Part shown: piece by piece, positions 45,490-57,029 of the stretch | Numbering within the stretch: position 1 is the stretch's first letter | Layout: each line of letters starts with the position of its first letter | Assembly (NCBI GenBank): GCA_964276515.1 | Contig: OZ193910.1 | Location: 3,286,001 to 3,350,000, forward strand | Source: Gordius albopunctatus | Taxonomy: Eukaryota | Length of the DNA stretch: 64,000 nucleotides | Reading direction: 5' to 3' | Made by a program: the position numbers and the translations under genes | The notes under the pieces: model-generated | Database searches by the model: none | What the model saw: the letters and a program-made list of their open reading frames with translations, nothing else | What the model was told of the DNA's origin: nothing

Positions 45490-46044
45490 AGGCCAACCAT
45501 GGATATTGTTTCATCCATGTATAATTGAATTTCAAATTACGTTTACCCTTAGGAAAGGCATATTCTGAATCTGGCTTCCAAATTAAATTAATGACTTTAA
45601 ATCCTTTCCATATTGCCTATATTTTTTTCCACGAAATTTCCTATATCATAAATATTTATGTTCTTTGTTGAGATGGATTCGGTTGTAGAGGGAATGAAAT
45701 CTTTGCTAATGACTAAAAGCATATCATTTTAATTTATTTAAAGGTCTTACCAGAAGATTGGGGTTTTGTTTGATTTTGAGCTGCAATTAATATCTTCTTC
45801 GTTAGTTATTTTTTTGACGTAGAAGTCAAGCATAGTACCCTTTCTTTTATTCATATTATTAGAGAAATTTATAAAAGATGGCGGAAACTTTTTTATAACC
45901 AAAAGGAAAATTTTGTACATTTAAGCGAAAAAAACCCGTGTTCTTACAAGATTATTTAAATAATTGCATGGCACTAATTTTGAAATATTTATTATGTAAA
46001 GCAAAATATTTTTTTTATCCGCGGGGGGGGGGGGTTTCAACCCC

Positions 46045-46793
46045 AGCGTTTTAAGCCAAACACGACCCGACCCGAAAGTAAAAAAAAGTGACTGGTGTAA
46101 AATATTTTATCGCATGTTTGCCAGAAGTGAAAGCATTAGAAAAAAGTAGATCCTAATTCAGAAAAGTTTTTAGTATATTTCACCCAAAGTATCCCACTTA
46201 ACAAGCCATTCATTATCTTCAGTAGGCACCATAAAAAATGCAGATATTCTTAAATTTTTGCTCAATTACAATGAGTCTGTCTTTATTATCAAGTAATTTT
46301 GATCTTAAGGCTAATAATGGTTGTGGCATTTGTGCGGAAATGAAGGAAGAAAATTGATCATTTTTTTAAATCATGTTTTTTTTTATACATTTTAATCATT
46401 CGCTTAATAAATATTCATAATAATTTTATTTTATTCTAGTGTATATCATAGACGGTAAAGCAAGTTGAGTCGCGATATTAATTATATGTTTATTATAATT
46501 TATAGTATCAATAAAGATATTCTACCTTTCTGATTCTGAGTTTTAAATTGCGCAAATCCAAAATTCAGATATAACTTAAAAGAAATTAATCAATGTATGA
46601 GATAAATTAATCATATATTTCGATATTAATTATAAAATATTATATATAATATCATTAATTTAGACGATACGTCTTTTTTACAATATAGAATTCATAACCT
46701 TCAACCCGACCCGAAAGTATTTTAAAATTTCCGACCCGACCAGAAGGAATTTTTAAGTCGGGTCGGGTTTAGGGTCACCCGTGCAGGGCTATA
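46045..46793. mobile_element. Left-truncated TAGAGCCCTG/CCCGA-family hAT derivative
   Basis: CCCGA repeats at ~46063-46075 and ~46705-46770; right end CCCGTGCAGGGCTATA like the ends at 8540 and 10642. Confidence 0.55.
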
Positions 46794-47267
46794 CCCCCCC
46801 CCCCCCACTCTACTCAATTTTGGCTAAATTATGCTCGTTGCAATCGCACAACCTGAAACTTATCTAACAAAATACTGCTTATCTCTAAAATCCTTTCTTA
46901 AGCAGCAAAATTTCTAAAGCCTCAGGAAATACAACATTATCGTTTATTAAAAGCAAATCAAATTTAAACGTTGAATTAATTTGCATAAAATACAATGGTA
47001 TTTTACGACTTTAGATTTATTGTTACAATGACTGAAATTGCGGATTATATTATATCATAAAAATAGTATATTTTGAAGTTTGTGATGTTATATAAAAGCG
47101 TCTAAACATAGGCCGTTAAATTAAATAGTTTCACCATGGTGAATTGCCATCGAAATCAGTAGATCTTCAGTTCTATTCATGAAAAGTCCTTACAATATCA
47201 TTAGCATTATGTTCAAGGTGTGGGCACAATGCTAATATACATTTTGTGTTTTTGACAGTAAGGGATA

Positions 47268-48728
47268 TTAAGTTTCTTGATTTTCTAATATAACGAGGTA
47301 AGCGCTTGATACCTAGTATAACAATTTGTATTCAAGTATATTAAAGACTGCCTACGTCGTACGGAGAATGTGATTTGGTGACAATTAAATCGTTAAACTT
47401 GATCCAATGACGACCACATTTGCACTTGCATTTGGCTTTGTAATGTCCCGAGGAAATTTCTAAACCATGGTGATCCTAGTTACAATATATATAAATGAGA
47501 GGACCTATTTTAAGGTCAAAATGTACTAAGAATCTCAGCTTAGAACTATTATGTAGACGTTTTTATAAGGACCCTTAATAAATAAATGCTTACGATTCTA
47601 GCTATAGGTGCATATTGGACCCCCTGGATATTCACTGTCTTATTCATTACAATATGACATTTTGCCTTAAACCATTTTCCCTCGACATAATTATACCTAC
47701 AATTTAGTCAAAATTAAATTTATAAAAAAGATATAACCTACTTTGAAAATTGAGCGATAGCATATTTTGGGTGCTTAACTATGAACATGTGCTCAATAGC
47801 TTCGCATTCGAAATGGCAGCAACGGCATTTTTTATTTACTTTGATAGGTTCTAGTGAATGGTTGAGTGATACCTTAAAGTAGAGCTAGTAATATATTATA
47901 CTACACATACCTGGAATATATGTTTGCCACCGGTAAGGCATATCGGCGGTAAACATAGAAAATTTTCAAATTTTTTGTTTATATAAGCACAAAATGTGCA
48001 CAGCCTAATTACTTGCATATTGCCCTAGATTAGGATTTTCTATATATTCAATTAATATTACTCTAAATAATTCTCTGTATTTATACGGCAAATTTGCGAG
48101 TAAAGATAGCAAGGCTTCGCTGGCATCTTGCTGAATTTCCGGTATTATATGCGGACACACTTGAGAAAACACTCTCTATATTATAAGTTTAATGAAAAAT
48201 TTATATAAAGTTTCTAACATAAAAGGCTTGAGCATCATAAGCAAGTTCCTCACCACTATCTAAGGCTTTAAAAACAATTTGTAAACCCCTTTCTAAAATT
48301 GTTAATTTTCTACGATATATTACGTCTACGATTAATGAATTATATTTCGTACCCTTTAGCCGATAGTATTTTGTCTGCAAATTCCTTCAAACCAAAGAGA
48401 GCTTGGATGATGCTGTTTAGATAACAACAGTTGTTTGGATTTGTAATGCCTCTAAAATACTATAATTTCTTGTGTGAGTTTATGTAAATACGAATTACTT
48501 TATTGAGACAATCAGCCTGGTAACCTATTTTTTTACGTCCTAATATAGTTTTTTAAATGGCATATATCAATTATGAATTTTAAAAACTTATAGAGAGATT
48601 CATACATGAGCATCAAAAAGTCAATTCATTTATTATTTCTTACGCTGAAGTATCCAAAAAGTCCAAAAAATTTCATCTTTCGCAAGATTTATCGTTTCTA
48701 TTATAAGCGTATTTATAAGCTTATCCAT
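47268..48728 (-). CDS. Compact ubiquitin-specific protease (USP, peptidase C19), ~316 aa, 10 exons
   Basis: Exons 48728-48644, 48539-48499, 48459-48353, 48309-48219, 48175-48062, 48024-47911, 47872-47742, 47696-47594, 47475-47356, 47312-47268 give a stop-free 951-nt frame. Cys box RGITNPNNCCYLNSIIQAL, QQDASEAL, CTFC and CRCC zinc-ribbon pairs, His box HHGLEISSGHYKA, WIKFND, terminal SAYLVIL. The first two exons are less certain. Confidence 0.9.
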
Positions 48729-49136
48729 ATCAGCTTCAAAATTTAGAATATTAACATAGAAACGTATTTAATAAATTCTAAATAGAATTTCTAACAAAAA
48801 TTATACCAGTTATGAGAACAGTTATTAGCAATTTGTTTACGCTAGGACCTTGCTTGATGACTTATGAGGATACTTTATAAACGCGAGGAAGTTTATTGGA
48901 ATCTATTTGGCTTAAAAGGCCTTCAACGTTTAAAGACATAACTAATTTGTTAGTAATCTAATTTTTCAAAATGAGACACATATAATACATCAAATATTAT
49001 CTTTCTAAATACTTAACTAAAAGTACAAAAATAATTTACAAAAAATATTCTTGATTTCATAGCCTATAATTTCAGTATTTATAAAAATTTAAATTTAATG
49101 TGTCTAATTATGTTCTAACTATTTAAATTAGACAAT

Positions 49137-50717
49137 CTTCTTTCTATGACTGCTTGTCACCTAGGCTGGTGATCAGTCCTTTCAGCATTCGTTTCCATTT
49201 GTTTCTATGTTTACATAGATCTTTCTTTATCTTGTGGACTTTCATATCATGCCGTATTTTATGAATCCAGGTAAGCTTGGGTCTTCCTCTCCTTCGTTTT
49301 CCTGCGAAATTTATCAACTCGATTTTCTTTCCTACGTAGCTATCGTCCCTTCTTTTGACATGGCCATACCATCTTAGTCTATTTGTTAGGAGCTTTGTCG
49401 CAATTGATGTAATACCAAAAATTCTTCTTATTTCTTCATTTCGCTTATGGTCCTTTTTGCTTACTCCTAGCACCCATCTTAGCATTCTCATCTCCATGGC
49501 CGCAAGAAGTTGCTCTTCTCTTTTACGTATAGCCCATGATTCCGAGCTATACAAGACTGTTGGCTGTATGATGGATTTATACAGTGCGCCTTTTAGTCTT
49601 CTCGGGATGTTTTTGTCACACAGAACACCTGTCAAGTCCCTCCACTTGAGCCATCCGGAATTTATCCTTGCTTGTATTTCTTTATCCATTCCAGCATCCG
49701 ATTGCAGTGTTGATCCTAAATATTTGAAGGAATCCACGCCACGCTTGTAAGTTGCCAAACGCCTAAAGTAAGGGATGCACTTTGCTGGTTTTTATCCGAT
49801 TTAAACTTTGTCTTCATGTATTCTGTTTTCTTTCGATTTACCTTGAGCCCACTTTCTTCTATTGCATTTACCCATCTATTTACAGTATTAGCCAATTCTT
49901 GTTCACTTTTGGCACACAGAATTATATCGTCTGCAAAGATCATTGCCCAAGGAGCTTCCTCGTCCAAGTCCTTGGTAATATTATCCATTATCATTATGAA
50001 TAGGAAGAAACTAAGAGCTGAACCTTGATGGACTCCAGTGTTAATGGCAAAGCCCTTTGTAGTCCCCACCGATGTTCTAACGTACGTTCTATTTCCCTTG
50101 TACATATCTTTTATTGCTCTGACGTATACTTCTGGCACATTGTTTTCTTCAAGACATTTCCAAACTAAATTACGAGGAACTTTATCGAACGATTTTTCTA
50201 GATCGATGAAACACATGTGCAAATCCGTTTCCCTTTCTTTAAACCGTTCCATTAATCTTCTAACACTGTTTAGGGCGTCTGCTGTAGACCTCTCTGGCAT
50301 AAATCCGAATTGGTTATCTCGAATTTTAACCAAAATCCGAAGCCGTTTTTCGATCACTTTTTCCCATACCTTGAAAGTGTGACTCATAAGCTTTATCCCT
50401 CTGTAATTATTGCAATCCTGAATGTCCCCTTTTATCTTGTATATCGGGATCATGTAGCTATCCCTCCACTCGTTAGGCATTTTACCCGTTTTCAAGATAT
50501 TATTGAAAAGGTTGGCGAGGAATTGTGCACCAGTATTGCCTAACGCTTTGAAGCCCTCTATTTGTATATTGTCGGGTCCAAGAGCTTTTCCTGACTTTAG
50601 TTTACCCATAGCAACTTTGACTTCCGTTTCCGTTATCCAGTCCGATGTGTTTAGTTCTCCTATTGTGTTTTCCTGGTTAGTGTCTTCGACTACAGGCCCC
50701 TTTTCAATTGATAATTG
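49137..50717 (-). mobile_element. 5'-truncated RTE-clade LINE
   Basis: RT (QGSALS, FADD) in 50609-49716 and C-terminus (LRWYGHV, RRRGRP) in 49758-49144 with one frameshift; AAAGAAG tail; 12-bp TSD AAATTAGACAAT (49125-49136, 50718-50729). Confidence 0.95.
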
Positions 50718-50864
50718 AAATTAGACAATATAGTCCATAAATCAAATCGTACGCTAACATTTATAATGATGCAATAAATGGCACGAAAGTACCGATTCTC
50801 ATATTTATGTTTCCTAAGCAGTAATTAGATCATATAATGTATAATTACAACTATTGTAATATTT

Positions 50865-51076
50865 GGGGGCGTGGTGGCATAGTGGGTATAGGTTTAGTCT
50901 TTGAAGCAAGAGCTCGCAGGTTCAATCCCGCCTCTGGCACTTATTTCATAAGATTAAAAATTATTCGCCATCACGGCTCGGCTGTCAGGCCTGGATAGCC
51001 GAGCATCTCTCCTGATCCAAATATCTAAAGAAGCTGACCACCTTAATGTGACAAACAGCTACTGGAAATTTTTTTA
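50865..51076 (+). mobile_element. tRNA-derived SINE
   Basis: A box TGGCATAGTGG (50875-50885), B box GGTTCAATCCC (50919-50929), non-tRNA body, T-rich end; 19-bp TSD TACAACTATTGTAA(T/G)ATTT (50846-50864, 51077-51095). Confidence 0.85.
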
Positions 51077-51409
51077 TACAACTATTGTAAGATTTAAAAT
51101 ATATTAATGAAATATTGTCAAAGATAAGCAACTGTGAGCTGAGTCTTTTTACACCATAAAGTGCATATAATCTCAAGTGTTGTTAATTTTGAAAACGCCT
51201 ATTCCTTTGATAACGATTTTGCATTATATATTCAAAAAAATAATTTTTAGATGCTCTATTGCCCAAACGATTTCACAAATTAAATAAAAATCAAATTTAA
51301 TTTTATAAGTGTAAGCCCAGCCATATTAACTTAAGCGATTTAGACTTTACTTCAAAATATAATTTCATGCATATCATTCACAGTGTATATGATGTTTCAA
51401 TAGCCAGTT

Positions 51410-52212
51410 CTCTTGGTTTTTTTTAACGAATTTCCTCCATCTTCACCGGGTAAAAGCCATGTCTTGACTAATCTCTTTAGTATTCATAACTTTATCGACA
51501 TGTCCTCTCCACGTGACATGAGGTCGTCCTTACTCTCTTCCCCAGTATTTTTTGATTTAAATCCTTCATCTCCTTTCTTAGTATATGCCCATACAGGCGC
51601 GTAGCCAGGATTTTCTCAAGGAGGAAGAAAAATTCAAAAATTTTTTGACACTTTTATTTATAATGTAATAAAAGTAAACATCACGTACAATATATGCGAA
51701 ACTTTAAGGCGCTATATAACCAGCTTTAGAGAAATCTCTTATCTTAATTAATCAAAGCATTTACTATCGATTTTATATCTTAAAAAAGGACATGGACCTT
51801 CAAAAAAATTTCAAATGGTTAAGGGGGTAGAAAATTCCCGCTTTCTGCCCCCTTGGCTACGCGCCTGTGCCCATACCACCTTAATTGATTTTCATTAACC
51901 ATGTCCACCATAGATTTAATACCTATTTTATCATCAGAAAGGGATTTGTCATATGGTTGAGCTTTACCCCAAGCTCCACGGTCATTCTTATCACCGTGGC
52001 TTGTAATAGGTTTTCTTCCTTTGTGTTTAATGCCCATGTTTCACTTCCATAGAGGGACACCGGTTTTGCGATGGATTTTTCAGCCTTTATTTTCAACCAT
52101 TTTGGCATTTTCTTGTCGCACATTACATCAGATATACTTCGCCATAAGCCATCCTTTTGGATCGGGGTATTGACATTTGTTGAACCTCCCTCTTGATGCA
52201 GCACCGAGCCGA
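51410..52212 (-). mobile_element. Decayed RTE LINE 3' fragment
   Basis: WRSISDVMCDKKMPKWLK, LYGSETWA and LRWYGH closely resemble the C-terminus of ORF 54561-56870; frameshifted and interrupted by a MITE. Confidence 0.85.
51594..51867. mobile_element. hAT MITE inserted in the RTE fragment
   Basis: Perfect 14-bp TIR CAGGCGCGTAGCCA; perfect 8-bp TSD TGCCCATA (51586-51593, 51868-51875). Confidence 0.92.
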
Positions 52213-52233
52213 AGTATATAAGCCTGTCTAGTT

Positions 52234-54471
52234 TTGGTACTTACCTTCTGCCTTGTCTCTTCGCATAGTACTATAAAATTGGCATATAGCATACACATTC
52301 AAGATCTTATTAAAATTGAAAATATCAATTCTTCAAATCTGCTCGTTGCACTAACTAAATTTTGCAATTTAATTATTAATGGCAAAATTCCTCAAGAAGT
52401 ACGACCAATAATTTTTGGGCTAATTTACTTGCTATTCAATAACAGAACAAAACTTTAAGACCGATCGCCATCGGCGGAGTCTTCCGGAAAATCATATCTA
52501 AAGTTATATGCAAATCAATCAGGAATATTTTATCCCTATCTGTAATGCCTCATCAGCTAGGATTCAGTGTTAAAGGGGGATGTGAAATAGCTACGCAAGC
52601 TGCTAGATTGACCCTTGAAAATCTACCCCCCGGCGAGTCTTTCATAAAATTAGACTTTAAAATGCCTTTAACAACCTAAATCGAAATTCCTTTATTAAAA
52701 CTTTCATCGATGCTTTTACCCAATATGCCAACTATATTCTTTTAAGTTATGGCACCCCGTCTATTTTAAAATTCGGAAATTTTTTTATTGATTCAGCTGA
52801 GGGCATTCAACAGGGGACTCCCTTGCCCCCCCCCCTATTTTGTATGGCCATCAAACCATTAATAGATGAAATCAACGACAAATGCAATTTGAGGTTGAAT
52901 GTATGGTATCTCGACGATGCCACCCTATCAGGCACCACGGAAGAGCTAATCAAAGCTCTTAACATCATTAATGAATACTACATAAAACTTAACCTATCAT
53001 TAAAGGCGACAAAATGCCAAATTTATTCTAACAGCACAACTGACATCCACCCATCCTTTGCATCTTTTCTACGCCTTGAGAATGGCGAGGTATTTTTACT
53101 AGGTTCTCCAATAGGCGGTCCTGAATTCTTAAGAAGTTATCTCGACAATAACCTTAAAAATTTAAAAATGAAATTTTTAAGCTTATGCCCTCAAAACCCA
53201 CATAAAATCTGTCATCGAATCCACCCTGAACTTATCATTTGATACTAACATCTGTCTACAAGCCACATTAATAACAAAATCTGGGGATCTGGGTATTTGT
53301 TCACCAAGCTCCTTATCCTTGGCCTCATTTATATCATCCCAATTATCCTCAAAATCCATCGTCGCTAAACTAATCTTATAGTCCCTCGATGAAACATTTA
53401 TACAGGCCCTATCCCTTTGGAATTTAAATGTTATAACTGAAAGCTCACTACCACAAACACCAAATCAAAAGGATTGGGATGCATGTTTGGTTTCGCGCTC
53501 CGTTGCTTATCTCCTTTCGAGCTGCGACACCAAACAACATTCCAACCTTAGATCTTTGGTGTTTGATAAATCTGGAAATGAATGGCTAGAGGCATTTCTT
53601 AGCAAGTTCTCCAATATGATGTTAGAGGATTGCGAGCCATCCTACAATATAGCACTACACCTTGGAATAAAATACACCAAGGCATATACCTGTAAAAATT
53701 GCAACCTACCAGTGGATGAAGAAACACGCCACCCGTTACACTGCAGACTTAATAAATTTAAACACTAGCGACACTCTAAAACTAATTCTATTATCCAGTC
53801 AGCCCTTAGAAAGACCCAAATCCAATCCATACTAGAACCTTCAGATCCTGCCCTTGAAGGTCAAATGTGTCTTGACGGTTCCTCGCTAGTCCCATGGGAA
53901 AATGGTCTCCTTTTAAATTGGGATTTTACATGCATAGACCTATTTGCCCCGGTAATCTTAATCATGACCCCATGGTCCTCGCTGAAGAACGCAAGCTTCA
54001 AAAATACAAGGCCCTTTTGGACTCTAGTGTTAGTACGTTGATTTGATTTAGTCATAGTTTATTTAAATGAAGATATTTAGAATCATCGAGCCGAAGGATA
54101 ATGATTGTTGATAATCGCGAAAAGGAAATTAGTAGTATGTCACGCGCAATTCGTTAACAGCTGGTAGTACGCATACAACACAAGGAATATCAAAGTTACA
54201 CAATAAATGACACAAATATACATATATAAACTACGCAGCTCATCACACTAGTATTTTTATCCCAATTGTTTCCTCCTCTTCAGGATCCTATAGAAAAATG
54301 GCGCTGGCTATATTCAAGGAGATAGACAGGCGATACCCTCCCTCCAAATATTCCCCCGCATTTTTATTGAAACAATCAATAGCCATCTTAATTGCAAAAT
54401 ATAATTTCAAATCTTTTTTGGATTCCTGGCCTCTTCAAAAAGAGGAAGATGAAGACATATTACTCATATAA
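52234..54471 (+). mobile_element. Decayed CRE-clade non-LTR retrotransposon (RT, CCHC finger, restriction-like endonuclease)
   Basis: LRPIAIGGVFRKII, HQLGFSVKGGCE, KLDFK/AFN, GIQQGDSL, VWYLDDATL, CKNC...HPLHC, LEP...DG.SLVPWENG..L.WDFTC.D and KY..L...FIPI; multiple stops and frameshifts. 5' boundary approximate. Confidence 0.85.
54028..54247 (-). mobile_element. Solo LTR related to the Gypsy LTRs, inserted in the CRE element
   Basis: TG...CA ends; 4-bp TSD CTAG (54024-54027, 54248-54251); shares blocks TAGTTTATTTAAATGAA, AAGATATTTAGAAT, CATATATAAAC and GCAGCTCA.CACA with 39905-40148. Removal restores the frame KYKALLDS|SIFIPIV. Confidence 0.9.
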
Positions 54472-54546
54472 TGTTTTTTTTAATATCACTATTATATAAT
54501 TGTACCATTTAATATTATGTTTAGATATATATCAATAAACTAACTT

Positions 54547-56870
54547 TCTCTTCTTCTTCTTTATCGTGTTGAAAATCCCACAGACGTGGGGTACGTTTTC
54601 AGCAGCCTCTTCCATCTGAGTCGCGTAAATGCCATGCCAATTTCCATCTGCTTGACGTCCATATCCTTTTCGTCCAGTCGTTTCCAGGTGGCACGTGGTC
54701 TGCCTCTTCCTCTTCTTCCAGGCACGTCCATCTCCAGCGTTCGGCGTGGGACATCGTCTTCGTCTCTTCGTAATACATGGCCATACCACCGCAGTCGATT
54801 TTCTCTTAAGAAGTCATTCGTCGCTTGTATACCCATCTTTGTCATCAAGGATTCGTTCGTCATGCGATCCAGCTTGGTGTAGACTAAGCTCCATCGCACC
54901 ATTCTCATTTCCGTGACTTGCAAGAGTTTCTCCTCCGCGATGGTTACGGCCCATGTTTCGCTCCCGTAAAGCAAGACCGGTCGCACGATGGTTTTGTACG
55001 CCTTGCTTTTCAACCAAATTGGTATCTTTTTGTCACACATGACACCAGAGATGCTGCGCCACTTGAGCCATGCTTTCTTGATCCGAGAATGGACTTCGGC
55101 GGTACATCCTCCCTCTTGATGTAATAGCGAGCCAAGATATGTCAACTTATCAACCTCCTTGTACATTGGACCGTCATTTTTGTGCATTTGCGGACTACCG
55201 CCCATCGTTTGCATGTAAACCGTTTTCTTCTCGCTGACCTTTAACCCGAATTCCGAAAAACGTTCTGACCATTTTTTCGCCTGATGAAAAACCCATTCTC
55301 TTGTTTCATCGCATAGGACAATATCGTCGGCATATAGCATAGTCCAAGGGGCTGGCTTGTGCAAGTCCTTTGTTATTGTATCCATAATTAGATTAAACAA
55401 GAATGGGCTTAACGCTGACCCTTGATGTAGCCCGATAATTATTCGGAAGGGTTTCGTTACTCCTACGGTAGTCCTAACAGATGCAACCGCGCCATTATAC
55501 ATTTCCTTGATAAGTCGAACATATCCTTCGGGTATATTTCTGGCTCTAAGGGACCACCATATTAAGTCTCTCGGAACCGTATCGTAGGCCTTTTCTAAAT
55601 CGATGAAGACCATGTGTAAGTTCTTTCTTATGCCGCCATATTTTTCCATCGTCTGCTTCAACGCAAAGATTGGGTCCATCGTTGATTTACCGGCCACAAA
55701 TCCAAACTGATTGGGCGAGAGACAAACTTCGTCATTGAGCCTTTTCACTAGCACCCTTTCTAGTAGTTTTAGTGAGTGGCAGGTCAACTTGATACCTCTA
55801 AAGTTGCCACATTCCTGCGCGTCTCCTTTACCTTTGTATATGGGTATGATCGTACTTTCCCTCCATTGGTCAGGGATACGACTCTCATACAGCATAGCGT
55901 TAAATAGGCCTGTCATTATGTCGATTCCTTCTCCTTTGCACCCAAGCCAAGATTCGATCGGTAGATCATCGGGACCTAGCGCTTTCCCTTTCCGCATCTT
56001 CGCTAGTTGCGCTCCTATTTCATAAGCCTGAAATGGTAAAACCAAGTTCGAGTTCGGTTCCACCCTATCTAGCGGTCTTCTATCATTCGTTTTGTTCATC
56101 ATATTTTGGAAATAATCTTTCCATCTTTTGATGACTTCCTTCGGTTTGCACAACGTTCGTCCCTCTTCGCTTTTAATGACTTTAAGTGTCCCGACATCTC
56201 GACTTTTTTTCTCCCTGATCTTTGCGAGTTTATACATGACTATGTCGCCGCCCTTGATATCGAGCTTGTTTGCCATCTCGGCGTAAGCCTCGTTCTTCGC
56301 TATCGCAACCGCTATCTTAGCTTTGCTCTTCGCTTCACGATATGCCACGTAGTCTTCTCCTTTCTTCGTTTTGTACCATCGTAGGTACAACGCCTTCTTT
56401 TCTTCTATATCCTCTTTGACCGAGTCATTCCACCACCATAGTTCACGCTTGTGAGCTCTGCCGCCCTTAGTTCGTCCCAATATTTGAAAGGCCGTTTCCT
56501 TTAGAACATTTGCAACGGTGCCCCACCTTTTGTTAATGTCGCCCTCCAAGCCTGCAACCTTCAAGAGCGGAGTTGCTCTAGCGTGAAACATTTCATTTGC
56601 ACGATCATCCTTAAGCTTTTCGTACTTTGCCCTTGGTGTGTAGACTTTTCTCCTTACTGGAAAAATCTTTCTTGCTATTTCGAGGACAACTGGCCGATGT
56701 TGTTTGGCGATTTCTTCCCCTGGTATAACCTTGCAATCTTTAACTTGACACAAATTTTTGCGCTTCACTAATATGTAGTTGACCTGTGTGAGGTGATTTC
56801 CACTACTGTACGTCGCTAAATGTTCGGTACGCTTCTGAAAGACTTTATCTATAAAAAAATTAACATACAT
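54547..56870 (-). mobile_element. 5'-truncated RTE-clade LINE with an uninterrupted 769-codon frame
   Basis: End of the AP endonuclease (TYSSG..TQVNYIL, QHRP), complete RT (HQGSALSP, YADD), LRWYGHV, GRGRP and a (GAA)n tail; ORF 54561-56870. No convincing TSD found. Confidence 0.95.
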
Positions 56871-57029
56871 ATGGTTTTAAAATCTGTATGCGCAGCTTCG
56901 AATTTGAATAGATTGCTCTGCGCTCATCCGATTTGATTGGTCGAAAAGCCCGGCATTACGATCGTAAGATTACTATAAGAGCTACTTAAATTTTGACTCG
57001 TAACGCTTACATACATACTTAGAACAGAT
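56871..57029. promoter_or_regulatory. Short putative promoter between the RTE ORF and the transporter gene
   Basis: 159 bp, CpG-richer than its surroundings, with an inverted CCAAT (ATTGG, 56936-56940). Position-based inference. Confidence 0.4.

Larger units (their letters stand above)
39645..46815 (-). mobile_element. Decayed hAT (Tip100/ZMYM1-like) transposon hosting nested insertions
   Basis: After removing 44610-45489 the minus strand reads WKPDSEYAFPKGKRNLKFNYTWMKQYPWLAYSESLHGAFCKFC...KWKNALEVFKAHASAKYH...KQGIPLRG (TTF-type zinc finger region; ~45600-44260). Outer ends (CAGGGCCATAG at 39645, C-run at ~46815) are approximate. Confidence 0.7.

Noticed and set aside
48729..48940. Extra upstream USP exons starting MSLNVEGLLSQID
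   Set aside because: Could not be joined in frame without implausible ~30-nt introns; needs cDNA.
50865..50940. Possible tRNA gene
   Set aside because: No clean acceptor or anticodon stems; it continues into a body flanked by a long TSD, so it is a SINE.
49355..56771. Many plus-strand ORFs over the RTE elements (e.g. 49355-49750, 50038-50382, 55711-56025), and similar ones at 2848-3087, 7217-7513, 19876-20160
   Set aside because: Antisense shadows of real minus-strand coding sequence; no motifs of their own.
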